A stretch of 64,000 nt of DNA from an uncultured Lentisphaeria bacterium (lineage in GTDB: Bacteria > Fidelibacterota > UBA8477 > JABMPR01): positions 20,975 through 84,974 of the forward strand of contig CAZDVD010000002.1 in NCBI GenBank assembly GCA_964508765.1, in the 5' to 3' direction. The position numbers and the translations under genes were made by a program. The notes below the pieces were generated by a model, which saw only the letters and a list, made by a program, of their open reading frames with translations, did not search any database and was not told where the DNA came from. This document shows positions 47,870 to 57,688 of the stretch, one piece after another. Position 1 is the first letter of the stretch. Each line of letters begins with the position of its first letter.

Positions 47870-50109
47870 GAGGACACCTCCTTTCCAGCTTCAAAGCGGA
47901 AGGTGACAAAGTTACCACGCATACCTGTACCACCCATGATTGGATCAACATGAACTCGTGTAATCAGATCTGCATCGCTGGCTCCGCGGCCATTCGCCCG
48001 AGTTAGTTTTTTATTTGTATGGCCAAATCCATGCACCATATAAACACTGTCAAAACGAATTCGCTCTGTAACCCGCACCTTAATTGGAGTCTTGGTAACC
48101 ACACCATCCTGGTTTTCTAACCACAAGTATTGATCATTCTGTAAATCCCATTCCTTGGCAATTTTTGGATTTACCCAGACGCTGTTTTCGTCCATGAGAT
48201 CAGTGAGGTTTGGATTGTTAGCAGTTCGACTAAAGGTGTGCATGGGGGCGCGACCATAAATGAGTCTGTAGTAGCCCTCTGGTGGTTCCTCATGAGCGGT
48301 GTATTTAGGTAAGGGATCGTAGCCTTTATCTTCCATAGCGGTTGAGTAAAGCTCAATCTTGCCAGTGTTGGTGTTAAATTCGAAATCTTCAAGATCTTGC
48401 ATGGGATAAAGGTCATCATATTCGCGTTTATACTTCTTCACGCCAATTCGCTTCATTTCTTCCAGAGACGTGCCAACCTGTTTCAATTCCCAATCCAGTT
48501 TCTCTTCGATGTTTTCCCATGGGAAAAAGTGACCCAGGCCCATTTTTTCAGCGATACCTTTGGCCATCCACCAGGCTGGTTTTGTATTGTACTTGGGTGG
48601 AGCTGCCGGCATACGTAGGGCGATGGTGGGCTCACGATGTTTACTGACACGAATATCATCATAGCGTTCCAGATAGGTACATTCTGGTAGAATCACATCA
48701 GCGTAACCTGTGATTTCCATAGGCATGGTATCTACGACCACCATGAGATCCAAAGCTTGAATGGCTTTGAGGGTGTTCGCTTGATTCGGCAGGGTGTGAA
48801 TCAAATTAGTTCCATTCACTATCCAGGCCTTGAAGGAGCAATCTCTTTCAGTCGTGGGCACGGTAGCATCGCAAATTCCAGATGCTAATGCCAGACCGGC
48901 CAGTTTGAATTTGCCTGGATAGGCATCTTTCCAGGTTCTGGCAGGTTTTGGGAAGGCTGGATGTGGATATTTCTTAAAATTAACTTTCTCAGGGTTATAG
49001 TAGCCTCCGCGACGACCCCAGGAACCCAGAAGCGCATTCAACATGGCGACTGCTCTCAGCCGTTGGGTATCATCACCGTACCAGGTAACATGACGACCAG
49101 GGTGGATGATAACGCGTGGACTTGCGTTGGCCATTTCACGGGCTGTCTCCCGAATGGTCTCTGGTTTTATGGTCGTGATACCATAAGCCCATTCAGGGGT
49201 CATTTGTGCGACATGGGCTTTGAGGTCCTCGAAACCATAGGCATACTTTTCGATGTACTCTTTGTCGTAAAGACCTTCATAAATGATGACATGCATCCAG
49301 GCCAAAAGAAGAGCCATATCGGTAGCTGGTTTGATAGGAAGCCAGAATTTTGATTTGCTGGCCACGGTGGAAAAGCGGGGATCAACTGTTATAATAGAAG
49401 CGCCCTTATCTGTTGCTTGAGCGATTTCCTGGACAGGGCCATTATGCATGTTTTCACCAAAGTGAGAACCTATCAACACCAGGCAACGGGTGTCACGAAT
49501 ATCAACGCGTTCAGGTGATTCAACCCCTTCTCCATAGGTTGCGATAAAGCCAACTTCTCTGGGACCACGACATTGGGCGTAGGAGGGGGCTGCAATATTG
49601 GAAGAACCGAATGCTTGGAGAAGATCACCAAAATATTTTCCACCTGATCCGTGTGTGAATAGTGCAGTACATTCTGGACCGTGTTCTTCAGCTATTTTCT
49701 TGAGACCATCAGCAATATATGTGAAGGCTTCATCCCATGAGGCTTCGCGGAAAGATTGAACGCCTCCTTCTTCAGTTCGAATAAGGGGCGTTTTCAGGCG
49801 ATCTTCATCGTTATACATGCCGACACCACCAGTACCACGAGGGCAAAGGCGACCATTTGAATGAGGATCATCTTCGTGACCTGTGATCTTCCAGATCTTA
49901 CCCTCCTCATTGGTATGCACCCAACCTGCACACTTCCAGAAACAAATCTCACAGTATGTAGGTGTTCTTTTGGCATATATGCCTGGAACTGTATCAGGAG
50001 CTAATATCTCTCCTTTGGCAAAATCAAACAGAGGTGTTGCGAAAGCCATGCTTCCGGCACCCATACCGGCGACTTTAATAAAATTGCGTCGATTCATGCG
50101 AGTACTCAT
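47866..50109 (-). CDS. Molybdopterin (bis-MGD) oxidoreductase catalytic subunit, Tat-exported (polysulfide/thiosulfate/tetrathionate reductase PsrA/PhsA/TtrA-type)
   Basis: A twin-arginine signal (MSTRMNRRNFIKVAGMGAGSMAFA), an N-terminal Fe-S Cys motif (CEICFWKCAG...C) and Mo-bisPGD domains. The start is placed at the ATG at 50109; the ORF extends to 50121 only with TTG. Confidence 0.88.
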   Translation of the reverse strand: MSTRMNRRNFIKVAGMGAGSMAFATPLFDFAKGEILAPDTVPGIYAKRTPTYCEICFWKCAGWVHTNEEGKIWKITGHEDDPHSNGRLCPRGTGGVGMYNDEDRLKTPLIRTEEGGVQSFREASWDEAFTYIADGLKKIAEEHGPECTALFTHGSGGKYFGDLLQAFGSSNIAAPSYAQCRGPREVGFIATYGEGVESPERVDIRDTRCLVLIGSHFGENMHNGPVQEIAQATDKGASIITVDPRFSTVASKSKFWLPIKPATDMALLLAWMHVIIYEGLYDKEYIEKYAYGFEDLKAHVAQMTPEWAYGITTIKPETIRETAREMANASPRVIIHPGRHVTWYGDDTQRLRAVAMLNALLGSWGRRGGYYNPEKVNFKKYPHPAFPKPARTWKDAYPGKFKLAGLALASGICDATVPTTERDCSFKAWIVNGTNLIHTLPNQANTLKAIQALDLMVVVDTMPMEITGYADVILPECTYLERYDDIRVSKHREPTIALRMPAAPPKYNTKPAWWMAKGIAEKMGLGHFFPWENIEEKLDWELKQVGTSLEEMKRIGVKKYKREYDDLYPMQDLEDFEFNTNTGKIELYSTAMEDKGYDPLPKYTAHEEPPEGYYRLIYGRAPMHTFSRTANNPNLTDLMDENSVWVNPKIAKEWDLQNDQYLWLENQDGVVTKTPIKVRVTERIRFDSVYMVHGFGHTNKKLTRANGRGASDADLITRVHVDPIMGGTGMRGNFVTFRFEAGKEVSS

Positions 50110-50570
50110 ACGTTCTTCCAATGTTGTTGTAAAAAGGATTTCATGTTATGACAGGTTGTTACATCTCTATAAACGGGGCATTCAGAACATGCTTTGTTCT
50201 GACAGGCTAAGGTCTTGGATTTCACCACCCAACATGGTTCCAATGATGATTTGTAGGCATCACAAGAGACTCGATCTATATCACTGCAACCTTTGATCTC
50301 CCAACAGGGAGCCATGGACATCATGCCCTTGATCCCGGCCAGATTAAAGCCACGATCTTCGATCATGACCCGAATGCACTGTAGTCTTTCGATATCAGTC
50401 TGGGAGTATAGACGACGTTTGGATTGTGTTCGCTGTGGGATAATAAGACCTTCCGTCTCATACATCCGTAAGGTGTGGACAGAAACTCCCACCAGGTCGG
50501 CAGCGACGCCAATGGCAAATACCGGTCTGGTTTTGTCTGTGAGGCGCTCTTTTATGTCAGTTGCATTCAT
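50106..50570 (-). CDS. MerR-family HTH regulator with 8-Cys C-terminal domain, translationally coupled (ATGA) to the oxidoreductase gene
   Basis: An N-terminal MerR HTH (FAIGVAADLVGVSVHTLRMYETEGLI) and a C-terminal region with 8 Cys (C-X5-C-X8-C-X9-C ... C-X4-C-X2-C-X8-C). Its stop overlaps the psrA ATG. Confidence 0.7.
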   Translation of the reverse strand: MNATDIKERLTDKTRPVFAIGVAADLVGVSVHTLRMYETEGLIIPQRTQSKRRLYSQTDIERLQCIRVMIEDRGFNLAGIKGMMSMAPCWEIKGCSDIDRVSCDAYKSSLEPCWVVKSKTLACQNKACSECPVYRDVTTCHNMKSFLQQHWKNV

Positions 50571-50679
50571 AACAAATCTATATTTCATAATCTAGCTTTG
50601 CGATATATATGCCGAAATGAGTGATAAATATAAAAAGAACACAGTGTTAGTAGTGTTTATTTACAATAAGTTAATAATG

Positions 50680-50694
50680 GCAAATAGTATTTGC
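50680..50694. promoter_or_regulatory. 15-bp perfect palindrome GCAAATAgTATTTGC in divergent merR-like/eamA intergenic region
   Basis: Read directly from the sequence. The palindrome is 7-1-7, in an AT-rich 387-bp spacer. A related half-site TTTGCAAATA occurs near 50786-50796. Confidence 0.4.
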
Positions 50695-50975
50695 TAAACA
50701 CACGCAAGTCTTATTCACCAAGGCTTTGAGATGAATAGTGCAATGTTAGATAAAATGATCAATCATTGGAAATATTGGATATTATTTTGCAAATATTTTT
50801 TAAAAAACTGGGGCCAATGCCGTTGTTTTCCGCCTTGAGGTCCTGGTACCAACAGATAATAGGATGATATTCCCAAAAATAGTAAGTGTGAATGAACCAG
50901 ATGAGAATTCTTTACTATGTGCAAACTGTGAAACAATTACATAGTCAAAAGACGGAACCACGCTAATTTCTCCGC

Positions 50976-51878
50976 GTGAAATCGAACTCATATATCATCC
51001 CATCATTATATGTTGCTCTCATTTTAATTTGGGGTAGCACCTGGATTGCCATCAAAGTGAGTGTGGGTGATACTCCTTTTCTTATGGCATCTATTCGTTT
51101 CTTCCTGGCGGGGCTTGTTCTGGTCCTGCTTCAGAAATTGCGAAAAAAACCGATTTTGCCCCAATGGAAAGACCGAAAGCTTATTCTGGCTCTCGGCATA
51201 GGTAACTTCTTTTTGGGTTATGGGCTCACATACTGGGGAATGCAATTCGTGGATAGTAATATCACCTCTATCCTTTGGGCCACTTTACCTGTGATGATTG
51301 CTGTATTTGCGCATCGGATGCTGGTGAATGAAAAAATCAATGCATCAAGCATCTTCAGCTTGGTTGGCTCCATCATCGGTACCCTATTTATATTTGATTT
51401 CCGAGGAGCTGACTTTGATCCACAGGTAGCTACAGGTATGATCTTTATTCTCGTGTCTATCCTTGCCGCAGCCTATCCCAATGTACTTTACAAAAGGGAA
51501 GGAAGTCACCTCGACCCTGTGGCAGCCAATGCCTCTGCCATGTTGATTGGAGCAGCTCTGCTACTCATTTTGGGTCTAATTTTTGAATCATGGCAAAGTG
51601 TAGATTTAAACATCGTGTCGTTGGTAGCTACCGGATATCTCGCTATTTTTGGATCTGCTATCGGATTTACGATGTACTTCTGGCTGGTCAATCGTGTGAC
51701 CATCGTAAAAATGAGTTACACGACCTTCCTCATTCCAATCTTAGCCAGCATGTGGGGTTGGGTGCTCCTGGGTGAAGCGCTTTCCCGTTCGGCCTTCATT
51801 GGCGCAGTGATTATTATCCTTTCCGTTTCAGTGCCAGAATTGCTACGATCAAGGAGCATCAAAACCAATGCAGAATGA
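50976..51878 (+). CDS. EamA/DMT-superfamily transporter
   Basis: 300 aa with 10 predicted TM helices and two EamA-like repeats. It has a GTG start. Confidence 0.8.
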   Translation: MKSNSYIIPSLYVALILIWGSTWIAIKVSVGDTPFLMASIRFFLAGLVLVLLQKLRKKPILPQWKDRKLILALGIGNFFLGYGLTYWGMQFVDSNITSILWATLPVMIAVFAHRMLVNEKINASSIFSLVGSIIGTLFIFDFRGADFDPQVATGMIFILVSILAAAYPNVLYKREGSHLDPVAANASAMLIGAALLLILGLIFESWQSVDLNIVSLVATGYLAIFGSAIGFTMYFWLVNRVTIVKMSYTTFLIPILASMWGWVLLGEALSRSAFIGAVIIILSVSVPELLRSRSIKTNAE

Positions 51879-51967
51879 CATTCAGCTACCCGTTGTATTT
51901 GGGATGGGATTCAACTATATTCAAAGCCTGAACATAATTAGCATAGGTCTTTAAAAAACAATATCTT

Positions 51968-52729
51968 ATGGCAAAAATTATAGCCATCGTTAATCAAAAG
52001 GGGGGTGTAGGGAAAACAACGACTTCAGTCAATTTGGCTGCAGGTTTGGCTGTAACTGAGAAAAAAACCCTACTCATCGATTTAGACCCTCAGGCAAATT
52101 CTACTGCCGGACTCGGGCACCCCGTCAGGGTAGATGGTCAGAGCATCTATCAAGTGCTGCTTAATCAGGCAACTATACAAGATATTTTGCATAAGACCGA
52201 GTTACCTTTTCTTGATCTGATCCCATCCAGCCCGTCCTTGGTTGGTGCTGAAGTTGAGCTGGTCTCAGCAATTGCCAGAGAACGTATTTTAAAAGATGCC
52301 GTAGCTGAAGTGGAAGAAAATTATGATTTCATCATCATCGATTGTCCACCCTCTCTAGGTCTACTTACCCTAAATGCTCTCACGGCGGCTCATTCAATTC
52401 TGATTCCCATTCAGTGTGAATACTATGCTCTGGAGGGATTGGGGCAGCTGCTGAATACGGTTCGCCGGGTTCAGAAAACCATAAATAAAGCGCTCGTCAT
52501 TGAAGGTGTCTTGATGACCATGTACGATAGTCGTCTAAATTTAAGTAAGCAGGTCGTTGAAGAAGTGAAAACCTATTTTAAGGAACGTGTTTACAAGACC
52601 TATATCAATCGTAATGTCCGTTTGAGTGAATCACCAAGCTATGGTAAACCCATTATGCTTTATGATGCAAACTCCGTTGGCGCTGCCAACTATATGAACC
52701 TGGTTGAAGAGGTGCTTGAAAATGCCTGA
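51968..52729 (+). CDS. parA: Chromosome partitioning ATPase ParA/Soj
   Basis: 253 aa with a deviant Walker A ([14 protein letters not shown]). Confidence 0.92.
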   Translation: MAKIIAIVNQKGGVGKTTTSVNLAAGLAVTEKKTLLIDLDPQANSTAGLGHPVRVDGQSIYQVLLNQATIQDILHKTELPFLDLIPSSPSLVGAEVELVSAIARERILKDAVAEVEENYDFIIIDCPPSLGLLTLNALTAAHSILIPIQCEYYALEGLGQLLNTVRRVQKTINKALVIEGVLMTMYDSRLNLSKQVVEEVKTYFKERVYKTYINRNVRLSESPSYGKPIMLYDANSVGAANYMNLVEEVLENA

Positions 52730-53609
52730 AGTTCCTAAAAGACTAGGAAGGGGGTTGGATGCTATTTTTGATTCATTGGGTGCTCCCGAGGAATCATCCA
52801 TTTCCTCACTCTCAGTTTCCCCAAACGATATTCGACCCAATCCTTTCCAGCCCAGAAAAGATTTTGATTCCGAAAAAGCGGTACAGTCTTTTGAAGATCT
52901 CAAAACATCCATCAAATCTAAGGGTTTGATACAACCCATCACGGTTCGGGAAGTCAATGGTGAATATGAGCTCATTGCCGGTGAAAGACGCCTGAGAGCT
53001 TGCCAGGAACTGGGACTGGAAACGGTGCCGATTTACATTCTTACTGTAGATAAAGATGTGGATATGATGGAGCTGGCTCTGATTGAAAACTTGCAGCGGG
53101 ACAATCTAAATCCGCTGGAAGAAGCCGAAGCATACTCACTCCTATCAGATAAATACGATCTCTCACACGAAGAGATTGCCGGGAATATTGGCAAGAGCAG
53201 GGCGGCAGTTACCAATGCTATGCGCCTACTCAAGTTGCCATCAGAAATTAAAATCGCACTGAAAAACCTGGTTATTTCTGCTGGTCATGCCAGGGCGCTT
53301 CTGGGTCTTGATTCAGCCAAAGAAATGGTCAACGTTTTTCAACTGGTACGTAGAAACAACATGAGCGTGCGCGAAACTGAAAATTATGTCAAGAAGCTCA
53401 AAAACAAGACTCCTGTTTCAGCGAAAAAGAAGAAAGCAGCTCCTAAAAAGTCAGTTTTCTTAACTCGGAGTGAAGAAGCTCTCATGACTGTCCTTGGAAC
53501 CCGTGTTCAGATCAAGGCTGGTCCCCAAAAGGGGATTATTGAGGTTGAGTATTTTGGTGATGAAGATTTAGAGCGGTTGCTTGAACTCTTTGAGTCCATG
53601 AAGAAATAA
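52722..53609 (+). CDS. parB: Chromosome partitioning protein ParB/Spo0J
   Basis: The ATG overlaps the parA stop. The sequence has a ParB box (IQPITVRE...[11 protein letters not shown]) and an HTH ([20 protein letters not shown]). Confidence 0.9.
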   Translation: MPEVPKRLGRGLDAIFDSLGAPEESSISSLSVSPNDIRPNPFQPRKDFDSEKAVQSFEDLKTSIKSKGLIQPITVREVNGEYELIAGERRLRACQELGLETVPIYILTVDKDVDMMELALIENLQRDNLNPLEEAEAYSLLSDKYDLSHEEIAGNIGKSRAAVTNAMRLLKLPSEIKIALKNLVISAGHARALLGLDSAKEMVNVFQLVRRNNMSVRETENYVKKLKNKTPVSAKKKKAAPKKSVFLTRSEEALMTVLGTRVQIKAGPQKGIIEVEYFGDEDLERLLELFESMKK

Positions 53610-53662
53610 AAAATTTATTCGGAACCATTCTCCCAACAGAAAATAAGTAGAAGCAGGAAATC

Positions 53663-54460
53663 ATGAAACACGAAAAATATACCATTCTTATCCTGCCGGA
53701 TAATGAAACCAACGGTAAGTCTTATTCAATCACTACCACCACAGTCAATATATTAAAATTACTCATCATCATCCTGCTTGGTGTGATCATTCTATTTTCT
53801 ACCTATTATCTACCCAAGGCTATGGAGTATCGCACCATTAAGCGGGAGAACGATTACCTGCTGGGTGAGAGGCAGGAAGTTGCAGGTCTTTTGAAAAATG
53901 CCAAGCGCATCGAAGAGATCAACCATTTCATCGAAAGCACAATGGGCACACATTTTAATTTGCAAGGCGCTGAAGGTGATAGTGCATTTCTTGAGGACAA
54001 TTGGGAGGTATCTCCATTTGAAACCATGGGGTTGTTAGAAGATAGACCTACATACTTACCTATTAAAGGCTTTGTGAACGCAGGGTTTCGTGTTCGAGAG
54101 GGACTTTTTAGTCAAGACCACCTCGGTATAGACTTGTCTTCCATCGACGACAGGGTTGTAAAGGCGGCTGGTCGTGGGTATGTCATTTTCTCAGATTGGA
54201 CGTATCGCTTTGGGAATACCATTATCATCGATCACGGAAATGGCTACATCACCATGTATGGACATAATGAACAAAATCTGGTGACCCAGAGACAGGTTGT
54301 GGATCGAGCTGAGCCCATTGCTATCATGGGAAACACAGGTCTCTCAGATGGCGCCCATCTCCATTTTGAAATCTGGTACAAAGGTGTTCCTCTGGATCCA
54401 GCCACATTTATTACTGAACTAACTGAAACAAACACTCCAGCTGTTGATAAGGAATACTAA
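53663..54460 (+). CDS. M23 family metallopeptidase (peptidoglycan DD-endopeptidase-like)
   Basis: 265 aa with an N-terminal TM segment. The M23 motifs HLGIDL and IIIDHGNGYITMYGHN...HLHFE are present. Confidence 0.8.
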   Translation: MKHEKYTILILPDNETNGKSYSITTTTVNILKLLIIILLGVIILFSTYYLPKAMEYRTIKRENDYLLGERQEVAGLLKNAKRIEEINHFIESTMGTHFNLQGAEGDSAFLEDNWEVSPFETMGLLEDRPTYLPIKGFVNAGFRVREGLFSQDHLGIDLSSIDDRVVKAAGRGYVIFSDWTYRFGNTIIIDHGNGYITMYGHNEQNLVTQRQVVDRAEPIAIMGNTGLSDGAHLHFEIWYKGVPLDPATFITELTETNTPAVDKEY

Positions 54461-54461
54461 A

Positions 54462-54839
54462 ATGGCCAATCGAATCCATCGCATAGAAACAATTGTCGGG
54501 CGTGGAACTCACATCTCTGGCGATATGAATATCAACGGAAGTGCCCACATTAATGGAAGCGTTGATGGCAGTATAGAAGCCTCAGGTTTTGTGACGGTTT
54601 CTGAGTCCGGGGTTGTCAAAGGTGGCATTAAAGGGGAGTACGCTATCATCGGTGGTATTGTTGGGGGCAATATTGAGGTGAAGGGCAAGGTTGCCCTGGG
54701 GAAAGCCGGACGGCTCAAAGGGGATGTCATTGCTACCAGACTCATTATTGAGGATGGAGCCATTTTTCACGGCCGCAGTTCCATGGTTCCAGAAACATCC
54801 ACTTCTGATGAATTTGAAGCCCTCGGCGAAGAGATTTAA
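54462..54839 (+). CDS. Bactofilin (polymer-forming cytoskeletal protein)
   Basis: About 125 aa with repetitive beta-helical G-rich repeats (GDMNINGSAHINGSVDGSIEASG...GGIVGGNIEVKGKV). Confidence 0.8.
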   Translation: MANRIHRIETIVGRGTHISGDMNINGSAHINGSVDGSIEASGFVTVSESGVVKGGIKGEYAIIGGIVGGNIEVKGKVALGKAGRLKGDVIATRLIIEDGAIFHGRSSMVPETSTSDEFEALGEEI

Positions 54840-54845
54840 AAACAC

Positions 54846-55046
54846 TTGAAATCTGACGGCTCCGGAAAGTATATGGCAGCAGCTTCTACGATGACCGGCA
54901 GCGTTTTGGGTCTGGGTGCAATCGGATATTTTATTGATCAAAAATTTGGATGGCCTCAGTATGGCGTCCTCACTGGAGCCTTATTAGGTGTAATTATTGG
55001 TATGTATGAACTATATAAGACTCTTTATATGAAAGATAAAAACTGA
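54846..55046 (+). CDS. AtpZ/AtpI-family small membrane protein (ATP synthase operon leader gene)
   Basis: 66 aa with two TM helices and a YGVLTGALLGVIIGMYELY motif. It is positioned directly before the atp operon. Confidence 0.5.
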   Translation: MKSDGSGKYMAAASTMTGSVLGLGAIGYFIDQKFGWPQYGVLTGALLGVIIGMYELYKTLYMKDKN

Positions 55047-55438
55047 TGAAAGCTTGGCAGGTATTAGGCATTTTCGCCTTGATATTAAATGGTTTAGCCA
55101 TACTTGCTTTAATCTTCATGGGACAGCTTGAAAAGGTGAATTCTGTGTTGGCAGGGGCGATCATTCCGATCCTGATTAGTGGTGGACTATTGGTCTGGGC
55201 AGAATATTCAAAAACAAATAACCCTCAAAACCTTCAAAAAATAAATATTATTGGGTTTTTCTTTAAGGTTATTCTGCTAGGGGTATGGTCGGCTATCCTC
55301 GTGAAAGCAGGGACTTTGGATAACATGACATTTATTGTAATCTTAGTTATAAACTTTCTTGCGTGGCATGGGGTCGAAGCTTATTATTGGCCGCTTTTTA
55401 TGGCAAGAAGCACACAAAATACAGGGGAGAATTCTTAA
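55046..55438 (+). CDS. ATP synthase protein I-like membrane protein
   Basis: 130 aa with four hydrophobic helices. It lies immediately upstream of atpB with a stop/start overlap. Confidence 0.4.
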   Translation: MKAWQVLGIFALILNGLAILALIFMGQLEKVNSVLAGAIIPILISGGLLVWAEYSKTNNPQNLQKINIIGFFFKVILLGVWSAILVKAGTLDNMTFIVILVINFLAWHGVEAYYWPLFMARSTQNTGENS

Positions 55439-56256
55439 TGGCTGAACCAGGCCACGGAACCAGCAACAATATTGGGGATAAAATCATTGAGCACGTCGCC
55501 AACAGTGATGTGATGATTGATTTTGAGCTTTTTGGTGTTGATCTTTCAATTACCAAACATGTTATCATGCTCTGGATTGCCGCTGGATTGCTCATTACTG
55601 CAGCCCTCTACGCAACGCGACGTTATCGCAAAGAAGATCGTCCTGTTCCAAGCGGATTCTCGAATGCTTTTGAGTATGTCGTGGACTTTGTGCGGACTGG
55701 TATTCTCATTCCCACGGTAGGGAAAAATCATGTCTTGAAATGGGGCCCTCTTGTGATGTCCTTTTTCTTTCTGATCCTAACGGTAAACTTTTTGGGCTTG
55801 ATCCCAGCATTCAATTACATCAATCATGGTCACGGTGGTACAACGGCTACTGGTAACTTCATGGTGACTGCTGCATTAGCCATTATTACCTTTATTTCGA
55901 TCATTGTCGCAGGTATTCGAGAGCATGGTTTCTTCGAGCATTGGAAAAATCTAGCTCCTAGTGGCTTGCCGTGGGCTGTTTACATCATCCTGATCCCCAT
56001 TGAAATTTTGAGTATGTTCGTCAGACCTTTTGCATTAACCATGCGATTGGCGGCTAACATGACTGCCGGGCATATCGCCATGCTGGCTATCTTTGCTCCC
56101 ATATTTTTGCTTCACAATGCCTATGTAGGCGTTGCTTCGGTGGCTTTGAATGTGGGTATTACCTTTTTAGAGATTATCGTGAGTATTGTACAAGCCTATG
56201 TGTTCACACTGCTTTCTTCAGTGTTTATTGGCCAGTCAATTCATGCGGATCACTAA
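55438..56256 (+). CDS. atpB: F0F1 ATP synthase subunit a
   Basis: The start at MAEPGH gives 272 aa. The conserved Arg region (LTMRLAANMTAGH) is present. Confidence 0.9.
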   Translation: MAEPGHGTSNNIGDKIIEHVANSDVMIDFELFGVDLSITKHVIMLWIAAGLLITAALYATRRYRKEDRPVPSGFSNAFEYVVDFVRTGILIPTVGKNHVLKWGPLVMSFFFLILTVNFLGLIPAFNYINHGHGGTTATGNFMVTAALAIITFISIIVAGIREHGFFEHWKNLAPSGLPWAVYIILIPIEILSMFVRPFALTMRLAANMTAGHIAMLAIFAPIFLLHNAYVGVASVALNVGITFLEIIVSIVQAYVFTLLSSVFIGQSIHADH

Positions 56257-56393
56257 TCAATTGATCTTTTACAACGAAAAACATACAACTTCTATCAGCT
56301 ATGCTCGAAATGCACATACTCAGTTCAGGGATATGAGACATGTATGTGGCAATGAGATAATGATGATAGAAACACACAAAAAGGAGTTTTAAA

Positions 56394-56612
56394 ATGGAAT
56401 TTGCTTATCTAGGTGCCGCGATTGGTGCAGGTATGATAGTTATTGGCGCAGGCCTTGGAATTGGAAAATTAGCCGTAGCCGCAGCTGCAGGTATTGCTCG
56501 TCAGCCTGAAGCCGCAGCCAGTATTACTGGTGCAGTTAGCTTGCCCCTCTTCCTCCTCGAAGGTGTTGCAATTATTGGTGAGGTTGTAACTCTCCTCATC
56601 GCTCTGAAATAA
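56394..56612 (+). CDS. atpE: F0F1 ATP synthase subunit c
   Basis: 72 aa with a hairpin of two TM helices, a GxGxGxG motif and the carboxylate in FLLEGVAIIG. Confidence 0.9.
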   Translation: MEFAYLGAAIGAGMIVIGAGLGIGKLAVAAAAGIARQPEAAASITGAVSLPLFLLEGVAIIGEVVTLLIALK

Positions 56613-56642
56613 TTCGCCTGAAAACTTTCCTTCGGAGGAACT

Positions 56643-57137
56643 ATGGAAAACCTGCTACGGTTTGACACAGGCTTAATGTTCTGGACCTGGATCACCTTCC
56701 TTGCTGTGTTGGTGATCCTGGGTACCAAAGCCTGGAAACCCATGATAAAGGCGCTGGAAAATCGCGAGAATTTCATACGTGAATCACTTGAGGAAGCGGA
56801 AGCAGCTCGTCAAGAAGCTGATAAAGTTGCCGAAGAATATGAAGCGATGGTAGCCAAAGCCAGACAGGAAGCCCAAAACATTGTGGCTGCCGGCAAAGAA
56901 ACCGCAGAGCGGATGAAAACTGATATTCTTAATGAAGCTAAGGATAAATCTGTAGGGATTCTTAAACAGGCTGAAGTTCAGATTGGCGCAGAACGCGAAA
57001 AGGCGATTGCTGAAATCCGGAATCAGATTGTAGATATCTCAATGGCCGCTGCTGAAAAGATTATCGCAAAATCAATTACTCTTGCAGACAACGAACGTCT
57101 CATTGAAGATGCTTTAAAGGATTACGGTAAGAATTAA
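56643..57137 (+). CDS. atpF: F0F1 ATP synthase subunit b
   Basis: 164 aa with a single N-terminal TM helix and a long charged coiled coil. Confidence 0.85.
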   Translation: MENLLRFDTGLMFWTWITFLAVLVILGTKAWKPMIKALENRENFIRESLEEAEAARQEADKVAEEYEAMVAKARQEAQNIVAAGKETAERMKTDILNEAKDKSVGILKQAEVQIGAEREKAIAEIRNQIVDISMAAAEKIIAKSITLADNERLIEDALKDYGKN

Positions 57138-57673
57138 TGCGCACATCAGCAAAAAGTCGCCAGTACGTCAATCTTCTTTTAAAAATTGCTGAGTCTAAGG
57201 ATGCACTGGAGCCAGTCTATCGCTCGTTGAAGTCCTTCTACTCCAGCTATCGACGGGAACCGGCCCTGAAAGCTTTTTTGGCCTCGACCAAAGTTGAAGC
57301 CACAGTCAAAATTGAACTGCTTGGCAAGGTCTACACCGATCTTCATCCTATTAATCTTGCTTTTTTGGCTCAGCTGGGTGAGGAACGGGATATGAAATTG
57401 CTAGGAATGATTATGCATAGCCTGGAAGCGGCCTTTTATACCCATAGTGACCAGGTCAAAGTCCATGCAGTTAGCACCAGTAAATTATCTGACGAAACGG
57501 TTCAGCGTATTCGGCAGGCTGTCCAATCAGTCACATCCTCAAAAGCTGATTTTACTACCGAAGTAAATCAGGATATTTTGGGTGGTTTAACATTACGAGT
57601 AGGCAATACCATTTTGGATGCCTCTCTCTCCAGTAAACTAGCACGTATCAGACAAGCACTGATTCAGTCCTAA
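57137..57673 (+). CDS. atpH: F0F1 ATP synthase subunit delta (OSCP)
   Basis: 178 aa OSCP-like protein, positioned between b and alpha. Confidence 0.8.
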   Translation: MRTSAKSRQYVNLLLKIAESKDALEPVYRSLKSFYSSYRREPALKAFLASTKVEATVKIELLGKVYTDLHPINLAFLAQLGEERDMKLLGMIMHSLEAAFYTHSDQVKVHAVSTSKLSDETVQRIRQAVQSVTSSKADFTTEVNQDILGGLTLRVGNTILDASLSSKLARIRQALIQS

Positions 57674-57688
57674 AGGAAAGACAAGAAT

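Noticed and set aside
50571-50588. MKYRFV extension of the MerR-like ORF
   Set aside because: The HTH begins shortly after MNATDIKE. Either start is possible and the difference is 6 codons. The more compact start was chosen.
52722-53609. Search for a parS centromere site (TGTTNCACGTGAAACA) in or near parAB
   Set aside because: No match with fewer than 3 mismatches was found by eye. This is not reported as a feature, and a computational scan is needed.
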